Source: an uncultured Actinomycetes bacterium (lineage in GTDB: Bacteria > Actinomycetota > Actinomycetes > Nanopelagicales > Nanopelagicaceae). Taken from it: a stretch of 50,856 nt of DNA. The position numbers and the translations under genes are program-made. Below the pieces are notes generated by a model. The model did no database searches. It was not told the origin of the DNA and was given only the letters and a program-made list of their open reading frames with translations. Shown here piece by piece: positions 10,685 through 20,631 of the stretch. The number at the start of each line of letters is the position of its first letter. Positions within the stretch are counted from its first letter, which is position 1. The DNA is taken from positions 1 to 50,856 of the forward strand of contig CAIQRN010000064.1 in the NCBI GenBank assembly GCA_903874255.1. Direction: 5' to 3'.

Positions 10685-13600
10685 GCCAACTCCTCTTCTG
10701 CAATCTCTTTCCTTCTTCTACCAGCTGGCAAAACCATCACAAATGCGACCGTGAAGGCAATGATCTGAAAGGAAAGCCATGCGCGTCGAACAGTTCCATC
10801 ATGAAGCACAATGATTTCACCGGCCTCACGAACATCAAATTGAGGTAAGCCTTGTGCATTTATAGCTCGAGGTAATCGATAGCCATTTTCGAGTACTTGC
10901 CAGGATCGGTCAAAACTTTCGCTCAAAGTTAAAGTTCCGGCACCAGGAACGGTGATTGGCGCTCCCGGCTCTGAACTCTGCAACACACGTTGTGAACCAT
11001 CGAGTGAAGTAAAAACCAAACGCCCTACCGCGCCAGAAACTCTCCACACAACTCCTAACGATGTTGCGGATGTTCGCGAAAATCCACCCAGGCCATCAAT
11101 CGTTTGAACAATTGAAGAATTAAATGGCTTCTTTACGAAAACATACTTGATTCCAAAGGCCGCTAAAGTTTTACTGCTTGTTATTCCGCTGCCATCTATC
11201 AGTTGCTGAGCTGCGGTTTCGATTTCCTGAATTTGTCCTGGAGCAACATCGGGTTCACCTAAGAAAATATCAGTACCTCTTGAAACATAAAATTCAATTC
11301 TCTTTTTTCCTTCATAATTAATTTCTCGCAAAACTAGAATTTTAGTATGTGGCTCAGCCGCTAGAAATGCTGGCATCACAGTTGAATGGCCACTTCTCAA
11401 TGGAGAATCTGCACCGGCAGTTACCGCCCAAGCAGTACTCGTTAATCCATAGATTGCGGCGAAAGCGAGCAAGAGAGCTGCAAGAATGTGCCGATAATGG
11501 ATATTGCTTATCACTAAGACGCCGCGAATACGATCCAAAATAATTACACCTGAAACCGTTGCGCACAAAGTCGCTACTGCCAAGAAGGTTCCTGTCCAGA
11601 CAGTAACTTGATCAGAATTTCCATGGAATGAAATCGCAAGGGTTGAGGAAATAACTGCTGCACTAATGAGCGAAATTCCATACTGACTTATCAAGCGAGC
11701 AGAACTTGAAGTAAAAAGTGAAACGAGCAAAACCAATAGCACTGGACTAACCAACCACCAAGGTATTGATCCAGCTCCACCTGGATTTGCAAAAAGTACT
11801 TGCCCGATTGATCCACCTGATATTGCTAAACCTGGTTCTGCAAAGAATCGTGCGGGCTTGACTAAAGCTTCAAAGGAATACGGGGCAAGAATCAAGAACG
11901 GAGCAATCAAAATAGTTAATCTGCGATAAATGCGCGAAAGGAATAACTCTTTATTTGAATCTTGCTTAAACGCTCGATAATCAACATAAATCGCCGGAGC
12001 AATTACTCCCAAGGAAATAACCGTTACCACCAGGGAAAAGGCTCCACATAGCGCCAAGAACAATGCAATTGAATAGATTTTTCGCCAGCTATTTAATTCA
12101 ATGAGTTTCCAGTTACTTGTAAATCTGGGTATCTGCGGCGCAAGAATTAAAATGACAATTGTTGCAAAACGTCCTGAATTAGTGGAGGCAATTGCGACTG
12201 GAGACATTGCATAAAGGAAGCTGGCAGGGATCGTAATAAAGGAATTATTTGAAAATTTTTGCAAAAGTCTATGCGCAGACCACATGATTAATAGGGGAGC
12301 AATCAAGAAGAAAAGTGAGATGAATACGGGCAGTTTTCCAAATGTGAAAGCCGACATGATTGCCACAATCGGGACCCAGGCAGGTGTTGCATGTGAACTA
12401 CCCAAGCCAACTTGATGCCACGATTCAAAGTATGTATTCCATAGTTCATGTGCTGAATTCTGTGCAGCCGGTAATGCTCCGCCTAACAATGCTCCAAAGC
12501 GATTATGCGAAGCAATTAACGTAATTACAGTTAGCAGTAAATATCCAGCAGCTTCTGGCTTTCGTAGAATTTCAATCCATTGCCGATTCTTGGTTGGAAC
12601 CAGAAGATCTTCATCTTCTTCAAGTGATTGCAAGACAGAGATAGAAGCAACTTCATTGACTGGAATTAATTTCGAACGAATCGAGCCAGTTAATTCTACA
12701 AAAGTATTTTTAGTCTGAGACCAGCGCGGTGGGATATAGGTTGAAACGACTCGAGCAGAAACTAATCGCTTATTTTTTCGCTCTTTACGGGCATTAATTA
12801 ACGCAGCTGGTTTAATTATTAACGTCGCAATCGCTAATATTTCATCGCCTGCATATCCCGGCAATTTTGCAAGAAGAAAACCGGCAGAACGTATTAACGC
12901 TGACGTTAAGAGCTGAATTACCAGCCAAGGAGTCATCCACCAAGAAGAGTTTGCTAATAATACGTAGGCAGCATTTCTACGATCAAGAAGTCGAGGGCGA
13001 TGTAGTAAAGCGCCTTCAACATCGATACTACGACGTTCATTGGTAGCAGCTTGTGCGTGATAGGCCACTGCTTCTGTAGTTGCAAGAACTGCGTGACCGG
13101 CAACTCGAAGGCGCCAGCCAAAATCTATGTCGTCACGAAATAGCGAGAGATTAGAATCAAAACCACCAACCTCTTCAAAAATCTCTCTGCGAATAAGGGC
13201 GCCCGCGGTACTTACTGTGAGCACATCATGCACTCCATCATGTTGACCTTGATCATATTCAAACTCTTCAAGGCCAGTCCAGCGCGCACCATTTCCGGCA
13301 ATGCTTACGCCAACTTCAAGTAAGTGTGTGCGATCGTGCCATCCAAGAAGTTTGGGTCCGACCATTGCAACTTGTGGTCGTTCTTCAACTGCTTCAAGTA
13401 ATTTTTCTAGCGCTGAAGTTGCTGGTGCACAATCATCATGGATTAACCAGATCCATTCATTAATGCCTTCGGGTTGTTTGGGAATTTCTTGTACTGCGAG
13501 CGCAACCGCATCTCCGAAGCCGCAATTACGTTCGGCACTGATCACGGAAATTCGCGCAGATTCCAACAATCGAATTGATGAATCTATTGATCCTGTATCG

Positions 13601-13725
13601 ACTGCGATGACTTTATCTATGGGGCGAGTTTGTGATGCCAATGCTGCGACAACTACCGGTAACCAACTTCCGCCGTCATGTGAAACCAATATTGCTGTGA
13701 CGAAGTTTTTATCGCTCACTGACAT
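10681..13725 (-). CDS. Large multi-TM glycosyltransferase family 2
   Basis: GT2 domain (AVDTGSID, WLIHDD, GGFD..DDIDFGWR) followed by many TM helices; 1014 aa. Confidence 0.9.
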   Translation of the reverse strand: MSVSDKNFVTAILVSHDGGSWLPVVVAALASQTRPIDKVIAVDTGSIDSSIRLLESARISVISAERNCGFGDAVALAVQEIPKQPEGINEWIWLIHDDCAPATSALEKLLEAVEERPQVAMVGPKLLGWHDRTHLLEVGVSIAGNGARWTGLEEFEYDQGQHDGVHDVLTVSTAGALIRREIFEEVGGFDSNLSLFRDDIDFGWRLRVAGHAVLATTEAVAYHAQAATNERRSIDVEGALLHRPRLLDRRNAAYVLLANSSWWMTPWLVIQLLTSALIRSAGFLLAKLPGYAGDEILAIATLIIKPAALINARKERKNKRLVSARVVSTYIPPRWSQTKNTFVELTGSIRSKLIPVNEVASISVLQSLEEDEDLLVPTKNRQWIEILRKPEAAGYLLLTVITLIASHNRFGALLGGALPAAQNSAHELWNTYFESWHQVGLGSSHATPAWVPIVAIMSAFTFGKLPVFISLFFLIAPLLIMWSAHRLLQKFSNNSFITIPASFLYAMSPVAIASTNSGRFATIVILILAPQIPRFTSNWKLIELNSWRKIYSIALFLALCGAFSLVVTVISLGVIAPAIYVDYRAFKQDSNKELFLSRIYRRLTILIAPFLILAPYSFEALVKPARFFAEPGLAISGGSIGQVLFANPGGAGSIPWWLVSPVLLVLLVSLFTSSSARLISQYGISLISAAVISSTLAISFHGNSDQVTVWTGTFLAVATLCATVSGVIILDRIRGVLVISNIHYRHILAALLLAFAAIYGLTSTAWAVTAGADSPLRSGHSTVMPAFLAAEPHTKILVLREINYEGKKRIEFYVSRGTDIFLGEPDVAPGQIQEIETAAQQLIDGSGITSSKTLAAFGIKYVFVKKPFNSSIVQTIDGLGGFSRTSATSLGVVWRVSGAVGRLVFTSLDGSQRVLQSSEPGAPITVPGAGTLTLSESFDRSWQVLENGYRLPRAINAQGLPQFDVREAGEIIVLHDGTVRRAWLSFQIIAFTVAFVMVLPAGRRRKEIAEEELA

Positions 13726-13768
13726 TGTTCAAATCCTCCACTCTCTTAAAGAGTTGAGTGCACGAAAA

Positions 13769-14068
13769 TTACGCGCTACGTCGCTTTAGACGGCGGCGTT
13801 CACGTTCTGAAAGGCCACCCCAAATTCCAAAGCGTTCGTCATGTGCGAGCGCATATTCCAAACACTCTGATCGAACATCACAAGAAAGACATACGCGCTT
13901 AGCTTCGCGAGTGCTGCCACCTTTTTCAGGAAAGAACGCTTCTGGATCTGTTTGCGCACATAGGGCGCGCTCTTGCCAGGAAAGTTCAACGTTCTCGCCA
14001 TTTTCCAAAGTGACTTTTGGTCCAGCCGTAGGAATCAGGCTCTTGGTGGCTTCAGGTTTAATCGGCAT
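13769..14068 (-). CDS. whiB: WhiB (WhiB2/WhmD orthologue) Fe-S transcription factor
   Basis: WQERALCAQTDPEAFFPEKGGSTREAKRVCLSC...C...GIWGGLSERERR; SD AAGGAG. Confidence 0.97.
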   Translation of the reverse strand: MPIKPEATKSLIPTAGPKVTLENGENVELSWQERALCAQTDPEAFFPEKGGSTREAKRVCLSCDVRSECLEYALAHDERFGIWGGLSERERRRLKRRSA

Positions 14069-14130
14069 GGTCGACTCTCCTTGAAAAGCTTTAGGGTCTT
14101 ATCCCTTGTGGAAAAGACTTACTTAGGAGT

Positions 14131-14161
14131 GAATTACACGCGTGTAAGTCGGATAAGTCAA
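14131..14161 (-). promoter_or_regulatory. Putative whiB promoter (-35 TTGACT, 17 bp, -10 TGTAAT) overlapped by the palindrome TTACACGCGTGTAA
   Basis: Minus strand reads TTGACT-TATCCGACTTACACGCG-TGTAAT; perfect 14-bp palindrome at 14134-14147. Confidence 0.65.
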
Positions 14162-14199
14162 GTGCGGATACCCCAGTCCATGCGGGAGAAGTTGGAAAA

Positions 14200-15207
14200 T
14201 TACTCTGGAATGGGGATTATTTCGCCATTTGTGACAAATGATGCCCAAATTTCGCTGTTTTTTGCCACCGTGGCCGAGCGGGCGACAAAAGAGCCTTCGA
14301 TGCGGGCCCCCTGCCCAATGAGTGCGCCGGTCTCAACGATCGAGCCAGAGATATGAGCACCGGCCTCCACGATCGCACCATCGCTGATGCAACTTCCGCC
14401 GTCGATCACCGCAGTTGGATCTACTTGAGCACCTTTCATAATCAATGCTTCATGAGTGTGTGTTTCTACGTTGTGTGAAGTTAGCGCCAAAGTTTTTGCT
14501 CTCGAAGCGACCAAATCGATTGACCCTTTTAATAAAGCTTTGGGAGTTCCGATATCTAGCCAGTAAGAATTATCGATGAAACCAAATAATTTTCCACCGC
14601 TTGCTACGAGTTCTGGGAAAACTTCTCGCTCAACGCTTACAACAGTGTCTGGCGCAATGCTGGCAATTACAGATGGATTAAATACATAACATCCTGCATT
14701 AATAGTGTTCGTGACAGGGTTTTCCATCTTCTCAAGAAATGCAGTTATACGACCATCGGAATCAGTTGGAACGCATCCAAATGCTCTCGCATCTTCCACC
14801 GTAGTTAAATGCATCGTCACGTCTGCATTTTTTGACTCGTGTTCAGAAATTTGCTGAGCTAAATTATGTGAACTTAAAACATCACCATTAAAAATAACTA
14901 CAGATTCATTTGTTGTTAAGAGTTTGGCAGCATTACGAATTGCTCCACCTGTACCCAGTGGTACTTCCTCAACCGCATAAAGCAATTTCATACCCCATTT
15001 GGATCCATCTCCAAAATATGGAATAAAAACATCTGATAAATAAGATGTCGCGAGAACTAGAGTCGTGATTCCTGCATCTCTTGCCATGGTTATTTGATGT
15101 TCGGTAACTGGCAATCCAGCAACGGTTAGCATCGGTTTGGGAGTATTTTTCGTTAATGGCATTAACCGCGTTCCAAAGCCGCCTACCAACAAAATTCCAA
15201 CGGCCAC
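14200..15207 (-). CDS. manC: Mannose-1-phosphate guanylyltransferase / NDP-sugar synthase
   Basis: LVGGFGTRLMPLT..PKPML, PLGTGGA, WLDIGTP, C-terminal hexapeptide repeats. Confidence 0.88.
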   Translation of the reverse strand: MAVGILLVGGFGTRLMPLTKNTPKPMLTVAGLPVTEHQITMARDAGITTLVLATSYLSDVFIPYFGDGSKWGMKLLYAVEEVPLGTGGAIRNAAKLLTTNESVVIFNGDVLSSHNLAQQISEHESKNADVTMHLTTVEDARAFGCVPTDSDGRITAFLEKMENPVTNTINAGCYVFNPSVIASIAPDTVVSVEREVFPELVASGGKLFGFIDNSYWLDIGTPKALLKGSIDLVASRAKTLALTSHNVETHTHEALIMKGAQVDPTAVIDGGSCISDGAIVEAGAHISGSIVETGALIGQGARIEGSFVARSATVAKNSEIWASFVTNGEIIPIPE

Positions 15208-15210
15208 TTC

Positions 15211-16275
15211 TTATGCCTTCAATCGTCTAACTGCATCAGAAATTTGTGAATCGGTAGCGGTCATTGCAATACGAATATGGTTCTTGCCTTTTTCGCCATA
15301 AAAACCACCAGGTGTGGCCAAAATTCCGCGCTGAGCTAGCCACTCAACACTTGCCCATGCATCTTCATCACGAGTGCACCAGATATATAGACCAGAGTTA
15401 CTGAACTCAATACGAAAACCGCAGGCTTCAAGGGCTGGCCTTAGTGCATCTCGGCGCGCGTTGTAGCGTGCGCGTTGTTGGGCAACATGTTCATCATCTT
15501 TTAGCGCAACGGTCATAGCATTTTGTACTGGAAGCGCGACCATCATGCCGGCGTGCTTTCGCAGCTCACGAATCTTTGCAATAAGTGCGCTATCACCCAC
15601 CATAAATGCGGCGCGATACCCTGCCATTGAAGAACGTTTTGAGAGTGAATGTAGGGCCAAAATATTTCGATTATCCCCATTAGTATGGGCCAAGATTGAA
15701 GTTGATTGTGCAGTGTGATCGAACTCTAAATAGCACTCATCTGAAATAAGAATTGCACTATTTGTTCTGGACCATTCGATGCTCGCCATTAATTCTTGGG
15801 TGCTATGAACTCTGCCTGTTGGATTTGAGGGTGAATTTATCCACGCTAAATCTGCACTGGGCCATTGAACTGAATCAATTCCCACCGGAATCGATTCTGC
15901 TTGAGCTATCAAAGCCCCTACATGGTAAGTGGGATATGCAATCTCTGGAATTAGAATTTTCTTAGCTTCAACAATTGTTGCAAGCCAGGCCACTAGTTCC
16001 TTGGATCCGATAAGTGGCAATACATCAAAGTCACCTGTTGCACCTAAACGTGAAATTGCCCAGCTTCTTATCGCTTCTCGAAGTTCTGCGGTTCCTGCTG
16101 TAACTGGATAACTTGGGGAGTTGGAAGAGTCACGAAATGCGGATTGAATAAATTCTGGCGTTGAATCAACTGGAGTTCCAACTGATAAATCAATAATTCC
16201 TTCAGGATGCGAGCGCGCGATTTCACCAAATGGTGCAAGTGCATCCCAGGGGAAATCTGGGAGTTGAGAGCGCAA
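15211..16275 (-). CDS. dapC: Succinyldiaminopimelate transaminase
   Basis: LPDFPWD, DLSVGTPVD, NSPSNPTG, SLSKRSSMAGYR; directly downstream of fdxA. Confidence 0.92.
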   Translation of the reverse strand: MRSQLPDFPWDALAPFGEIARSHPEGIIDLSVGTPVDSTPEFIQSAFRDSSNSPSYPVTAGTAELREAIRSWAISRLGATGDFDVLPLIGSKELVAWLATIVEAKKILIPEIAYPTYHVGALIAQAESIPVGIDSVQWPSADLAWINSPSNPTGRVHSTQELMASIEWSRTNSAILISDECYLEFDHTAQSTSILAHTNGDNRNILALHSLSKRSSMAGYRAAFMVGDSALIAKIRELRKHAGMMVALPVQNAMTVALKDDEHVAQQRARYNARRDALRPALEACGFRIEFSNSGLYIWCTRDEDAWASVEWLAQRGILATPGGFYGEKGKNHIRIAMTATDSQISDAVRRLKA

Positions 16276-16281
16276 GAAAAA

Positions 16282-16602
16282 TTACTCGCTCTTTGGGGGC
16301 AGAGCTTTTACGAATTCGTGATCGGTATGCGTTGCTCCGACTTTGCTGGCTCCACCAGGTGATCCAATTTCAACAAAAAACTCTGTATTAACTTTTCCAA
16401 ACTCTTTCCACTGTGGTGGAACATCATCTTCATAATAGATTGCTTCAACCGGACAGACAGGTTCGCACGCACCACAATCAACGCATTCATCGGCTTGGAT
16501 GTACAACATGCGGTCGCCTTCATAAATGCAGTCCACAGGACATTCAGCGATGCAGGATTTATCTTTCACATCGACACATGGTTCGGCGATCACATACGTC
16601 AC
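16282..16602 (-). CDS. fdxA: 7Fe ferredoxin
   Basis: TYVIAEPCVDVKDKSCIAECPVDCIY...ECVDCGACEPVCPVEAI; SD GGAGG. Confidence 0.97.
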   Translation of the reverse strand: MTYVIAEPCVDVKDKSCIAECPVDCIYEGDRMLYIQADECVDCGACEPVCPVEAIYYEDDVPPQWKEFGKVNTEFFVEIGSPGGASKVGATHTDHEFVKALPPKSE

Positions 16603-16701
16603 GATTAGCCTCCGTAAGAATAATTAGTAACCAACGGCTCAGATTCTAATCGCAACCGCTCTCCCAAAGCGATATTTGAAGTTAAGGTTTATCGTTAAGC
16701 C

Positions 16702-16902
16702 ATGCCCTTGGGACTAGAAGCCAGATTCAGTGAGCTAATTGGTAAGCGCGTGACCATCCGTTTGCACGATCCCGAAGGGGGCTTTCGTGACATTGTTGGT
16801 TATCTAGAGTCACCCGTCACACTTCGAAATCGGCATGGACAGTTAATCGAATTTTCTCACTCCCAGATTGCACTGTGGAAAGAAGTGGTTGAAAAGCAGT
16901 GA
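16702..16902 (+). CDS. Small beta-rich hypothetical protein (66 aa)
   Basis: IGKRVTIRL...GFRDIVGYL pattern; TATCGT 6 nt upstream; GTGA overlap with cysS. Confidence 0.75.
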   Translation: MPLGLEARFSELIGKRVTIRLHDPEGGFRDIVGYLESPVTLRNRHGQLIEFSHSQIALWKEVVEKQ

Positions 16903-18257
16903 CACTGAGCCTGTATGACACGGCAACTCGACAAGCAGAGTTAGTTAAATCCAACAATGGCCTTGTCTCAATATATTGCTGTGGGCCTACCGTTTATCGC
17001 GACGCACATGTCGGCAATTTACGGACTTTCTTGCTAGCAGATTTAGTGCGCCGAACTTTAGAAATCTCTGGGAATAGAGTTGAACTTGTCCAAAACATAA
17101 CCGATGTTGGACATATGTCAGATGATTATCAAGAACAAGACAAAATGCTGGCACAAGCAAATACTGAAAAAATAGATCCTTTTACCGTTGCCAGAAAGTA
17201 CGAAGCAAGTTTTCATGAAGATTTATCCCGCCTAAATATTCAGCCGGCTAATAAATATCCCAGGGCGAGTGAATCAATCTCCTTAATGCAGGATTTGATT
17301 CAGAAGTTGATTGATAGAGATTTTGCATATGTAGGTGAAGATAAAAATGTTTATTTCAATTCCAGATCTTTTGAAAGTTACGGTGCAATTAGCGGGAATC
17401 ATTTAGATTCGCTGAAACCTGGCCACCGCTTTGATTACACCGAGCAAGGCGCTAAGCGCTTTCACGCTGATTGGGCCCTATGGAAATCTGCTGGTGAGCG
17501 GAGAGAAATGATTTGGGATTCACCATGGGGGCAAGGTTTCCCAGGCTGGCATATCGAATGTTCAGCAATGTCACTCTCGCTCTTGCCAACCCCGATAAAT
17601 ATTCATATCGGTGGAATTGATTTGCGTTTTCCGCATCACGAAAATGAACGCGCTCAATCCAATGCAATTATCGGCGGCGAGGCAGTTGATTTGTGGTTGC
17701 ATGGTGAGCATCTCCTTTTTGAAGGTCGAAAAATGTCGAAAAGCTCCAATAATGTTGTTCTTGTCCAAGATCTTATTAATAAAGGCTTTGATCCACTTTC
17801 ACTACGTTTTTGTTTTCTAGAAAATCGTTATAGGTCGCAGATGGACCTTACTTGGGATGCAATCGCTGCCGCTAGTACGACTTTAAAGCGCTGGCGGCAG
17901 AAGTTAATTAAATGGGAAATTAACTACGATTTCTACGATGCAGAATTAATTGCTTTAATCGAAAATGATTTAGATACTCCAAAAGCTATGCAATATTTAC
18001 GTGAGATTGAAAAGGATGATTCGAATCCAAATCGTGGATCAATATTTAAATTTGCCGACAAAATTTTGGGATTAGATCTCGACCGCGCCCCGCTTCTTAT
18101 GCCACTCTCGCTCCACCAACAGGATTTGTTGGCGCAAAGAGTTGATGCAAGAAATTCGAAAAACTGGCAGGAAAGTGATCGAATTAGAGTTTTGCTAGAA
18201 GCTTCTGGACTAGAAATTATGGACAGTGCATCGGGTCAGACGTGGAGTTGGCGTTAA
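16899..18257 (+). CDS. cysS: Cysteine--tRNA ligase
   Basis: CGPTVY, HVGN (HIGH), PGWHIECS, FPHHENE, KMSKS, C-terminal anticodon domain (KNWQESDRIR). Confidence 0.95.
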   Translation: MTLSLYDTATRQAELVKSNNGLVSIYCCGPTVYRDAHVGNLRTFLLADLVRRTLEISGNRVELVQNITDVGHMSDDYQEQDKMLAQANTEKIDPFTVARKYEASFHEDLSRLNIQPANKYPRASESISLMQDLIQKLIDRDFAYVGEDKNVYFNSRSFESYGAISGNHLDSLKPGHRFDYTEQGAKRFHADWALWKSAGERREMIWDSPWGQGFPGWHIECSAMSLSLLPTPINIHIGGIDLRFPHHENERAQSNAIIGGEAVDLWLHGEHLLFEGRKMSKSSNNVVLVQDLINKGFDPLSLRFCFLENRYRSQMDLTWDAIAAASTTLKRWRQKLIKWEINYDFYDAELIALIENDLDTPKAMQYLREIEKDDSNPNRGSIFKFADKILGLDLDRAPLLMPLSLHQQDLLAQRVDARNSKNWQESDRIRVLLEASGLEIMDSASGQTWSWR

Positions 18258-18565
18258 ACAGGCAAGAGAATTGCAATTACTAGCGCAAGTACCCCTAAAT
18301 TCATTAGTGAAATACCAACAGAATTACCAGATATTAAATATTCATCGTTAATACCTGGAAAACCTGCACGTAAAGTTACGGCGACCCATGCAACTGCGGC
18401 AGTAATACGAAGAGATTTTCCACCCCATTGTCGGCCGATGCACCAAATTCCAACTACGGTAGAAATCAAAACAAATATCAAACCAAAAGGTACAAGTGAT
18501 GCGTGTAAGAAAACTGAGCCCACTCCTAAAGCCGTACCAATTAGAAATGAATATATGTAGCGCAT
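18254..18565 (-). CDS. Small membrane protein (DUF6113-like)
   Basis: Hydrophobic 103 aa; coupled (TAATG) to mshB. Confidence 0.65.
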   Translation of the reverse strand: MRYIYSFLIGTALGVGSVFLHASLVPFGLIFVLISTVVGIWCIGRQWGGKSLRITAAVAWVAVTLRAGFPGINDEYLISGNSVGISLMNLGVLALVIAILLPV

Positions 18566-19419
18566 TAAAGAACGACTCCAGCCGTTAAATCACTTTCTCT
18601 TCCCATTGCATCAAACGGCTCGCTTTTCACTCCCTTGACCAATGTGTAGTACTCGTGCCCCCAGACTTGAAGCCCTAAATTATTAGATAGCGCAAAGAAT
18701 GGACCATCCAGAGAAATCTGAGTTTCATGGGCTTTCATCGCGGCCATTTTTGCATCCACGAAAGCATTTCCATCTATCAAAGTTGTTACGAGTGAATCAT
18801 CTTTGGCAAATGGAAGGTCGTCAACACTTTCTGCGCCAAAGAAATCTGAGCCAAGCTCTTTCATTTTTGCAATGCCTTCGGCAAGAACTGATTTCGGCAT
18901 GGTGTTCCAATAAATCTTTTGGATCTCCCATTGTGAAATTTCACTCGCCCTCATGGCTACACGATGGGCTTGGATGTGATCAGGATGGCCGTAACCACCA
19001 ATTTCATCGTAAGTTATTAATACGTGAGGCTTTAGCTCATCAATAACAACTGCCAGCTCTTTGGCGGCGGAGTCAAGATCTGCTTGCCAAAAGACATCGG
19101 GGCGATTATTTGGTTCGGTTCCCATCATTCCACTATCGCGATAGTTACCTAGAAATCTAAAATCAGAAATTCCTAGCTCTTTCATCGCATTAGCAAGTTC
19201 GATTTCGCGGTGCTTACCTAATCCATCTTCAAGGGTGCTCGCTAAATGTGAAAGTCCCGGAACAAGAACTTCGCCTTCTTCGCCACGAGTACATGTGACG
19301 AGAGAAACCTGTGCACCCAAAGCGGCATAGAGCGCCATCGTCGCGCCATTATTGATGGTTTCATCATCGGGATGCGCATGAACTAAGAGGATTCGATAGC
19401 CTGCGTATGTATTTTTCAT
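18565..19419 (-). CDS. mshB: Mycothiol biosynthesis deacetylase MshB
   Basis: [40 protein letters not shown]; ATG 19419 overlaps the moeZ stop (ATGA). Confidence 0.93.
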   Translation of the reverse strand: MKNTYAGYRILLVHAHPDDETINNGATMALYAALGAQVSLVTCTRGEEGEVLVPGLSHLASTLEDGLGKHREIELANAMKELGISDFRFLGNYRDSGMMGTEPNNRPDVFWQADLDSAAKELAVVIDELKPHVLITYDEIGGYGHPDHIQAHRVAMRASEISQWEIQKIYWNTMPKSVLAEGIAKMKELGSDFFGAESVDDLPFAKDDSLVTTLIDGNAFVDAKMAAMKAHETQISLDGPFFALSNNLGLQVWGHEYYTLVKGVKSEPFDAMGRESDLTAGVVL

Positions 19420-20549
19420 AACTTCTCCCATGCAAGTATTCCCCCACTTAAGTGACGAGAGTTTGTAAATCCAGCAGCCTGGATTATTTCAAGGCATCGC
19501 AAAGATCTAACCCCCGAGCGACAATGAAGAATAATCTCTTTATCTTTGGGCAGTTGTGTGAACACGCTTGAATCTTCAAAATGTGATTTAGGGATTAAGA
19601 CTGCTTCAACAATACGCGACTGGGCAAACTCTTCGGGTTCTCGCACATCTATCAGTAAAAAATCATCACCTGAATCAAACTTTTGTTTCAGCTCTTGGGC
19701 AGAAACCTCTAGAGAGGTTTGAACACCACAAAATGCATCGTAATCATTTAACAGGGATTTCTGTGAAGCATCTACTCCGCAAATTGCGCAATTAGGATCT
19801 TTTTGAAAATCAATTTTTGTAAACTCACCAGCGAGAGCATCGAAAATTAATAGTTTTCCGATTTGAAGATCGCCAATGCCTGTTATGGCCTTAATTACTT
19901 CGTTCACTTGCATTGATGCAATTGAGGCACATGTAACCCCGAGTATTCCTGCTTCGGCACAGTTTTGAACTGAACCTGGAGCTGGTGGTGTTGGATGTAA
20001 GCAACGATAGCAAGGGCCGTGAAGGCTCCAAAAGAATGCGGCTTGACCATCAAAACGATTTACCGATCCCCATGCATAGGGTTTATTCAGTAATACAGCG
20101 GCATCATTTATTAGATATCTAGTTGCAAAGTTATCGGTAGCATCAATGATGACGTCATAGTCGGCAAAGATCTCTAATGCATTTGATTTATCTATCCGAA
20201 GTGGAATTGAGATTACTTCAATAAAAGGATTCGCAGATTGAATTTTCTCACGAGCAACATCAGCTTTTTTCTTACCGACATCTGTCTGACCGAAAAGTAT
20301 TTGACGATGTAGATTTGTTTCATCGACAACATCAAAATCTACAATTCCTAACGTTCCAATTCCGGCGGCAGCTAAATACATAAGTGCTGGTGAGCCAAGA
20401 CCACCCGCGCCTACACATAGAACGCGTGCATTCTTTAATCGCTCTTGGCCCTGGAGCGAAAGTTGTGGAATCACAATTTGACGGCTGTACCGGCGAAGTT
20501 CTGCCTCGCTAAGGCTCGTGCCTTTTTCCACTAGCGGTGCAACATTCAT
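19416..20549 (-). CDS. moeZ: MoeZ/MoeB adenylyltransferase-sulfurtransferase (ThiF + rhodanese)
   Basis: RRYSRQ, GAGGLG, NLHRQ, GPCYRC, rhodanese [12 protein letters not shown]; start moved to ATG 20549 to avoid overlapping TetR. Confidence 0.92.
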   Translation of the reverse strand: MNVAPLVEKGTSLSEAELRRYSRQIVIPQLSLQGQERLKNARVLCVGAGGLGSPALMYLAAAGIGTLGIVDFDVVDETNLHRQILFGQTDVGKKKADVAREKIQSANPFIEVISIPLRIDKSNALEIFADYDVIIDATDNFATRYLINDAAVLLNKPYAWGSVNRFDGQAAFFWSLHGPCYRCLHPTPPAPGSVQNCAEAGILGVTCASIASMQVNEVIKAITGIGDLQIGKLLIFDALAGEFTKIDFQKDPNCAICGVDASQKSLLNDYDAFCGVQTSLEVSAQELKQKFDSGDDFLLIDVREPEEFAQSRIVEAVLIPKSHFEDSSVFTQLPKDKEIILHCRSGVRSLRCLEIIQAAGFTNSRHLSGGILAWEKL

Positions 20550-20631
20550 AGGTAGGCAATTCTGCCGTAATAGGGCATGGCTTGCTACATCTATTAGCGC
20601 ATTGGCCATATCTGCCTCTACGATTGCGCCA

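Noticed and set aside
13301-14356. Antisense ORFs over GT2, whiB and manC, and similar 60-160 aa shadow ORFs throughout
   Set aside because: They lie opposite or out of frame within well-supported genes and show no family motifs.
16899-18257. CysRS-like gene beside mshB as possible mshC
   Set aside because: It has CGPTVY and a C-terminal anticodon-binding domain; MshC has CGITPY and lacks that domain.
20601-20611. TGGCCA palindrome between moeZ and TetR as an operator
   Set aside because: Only a 6-bp core, expected by chance.
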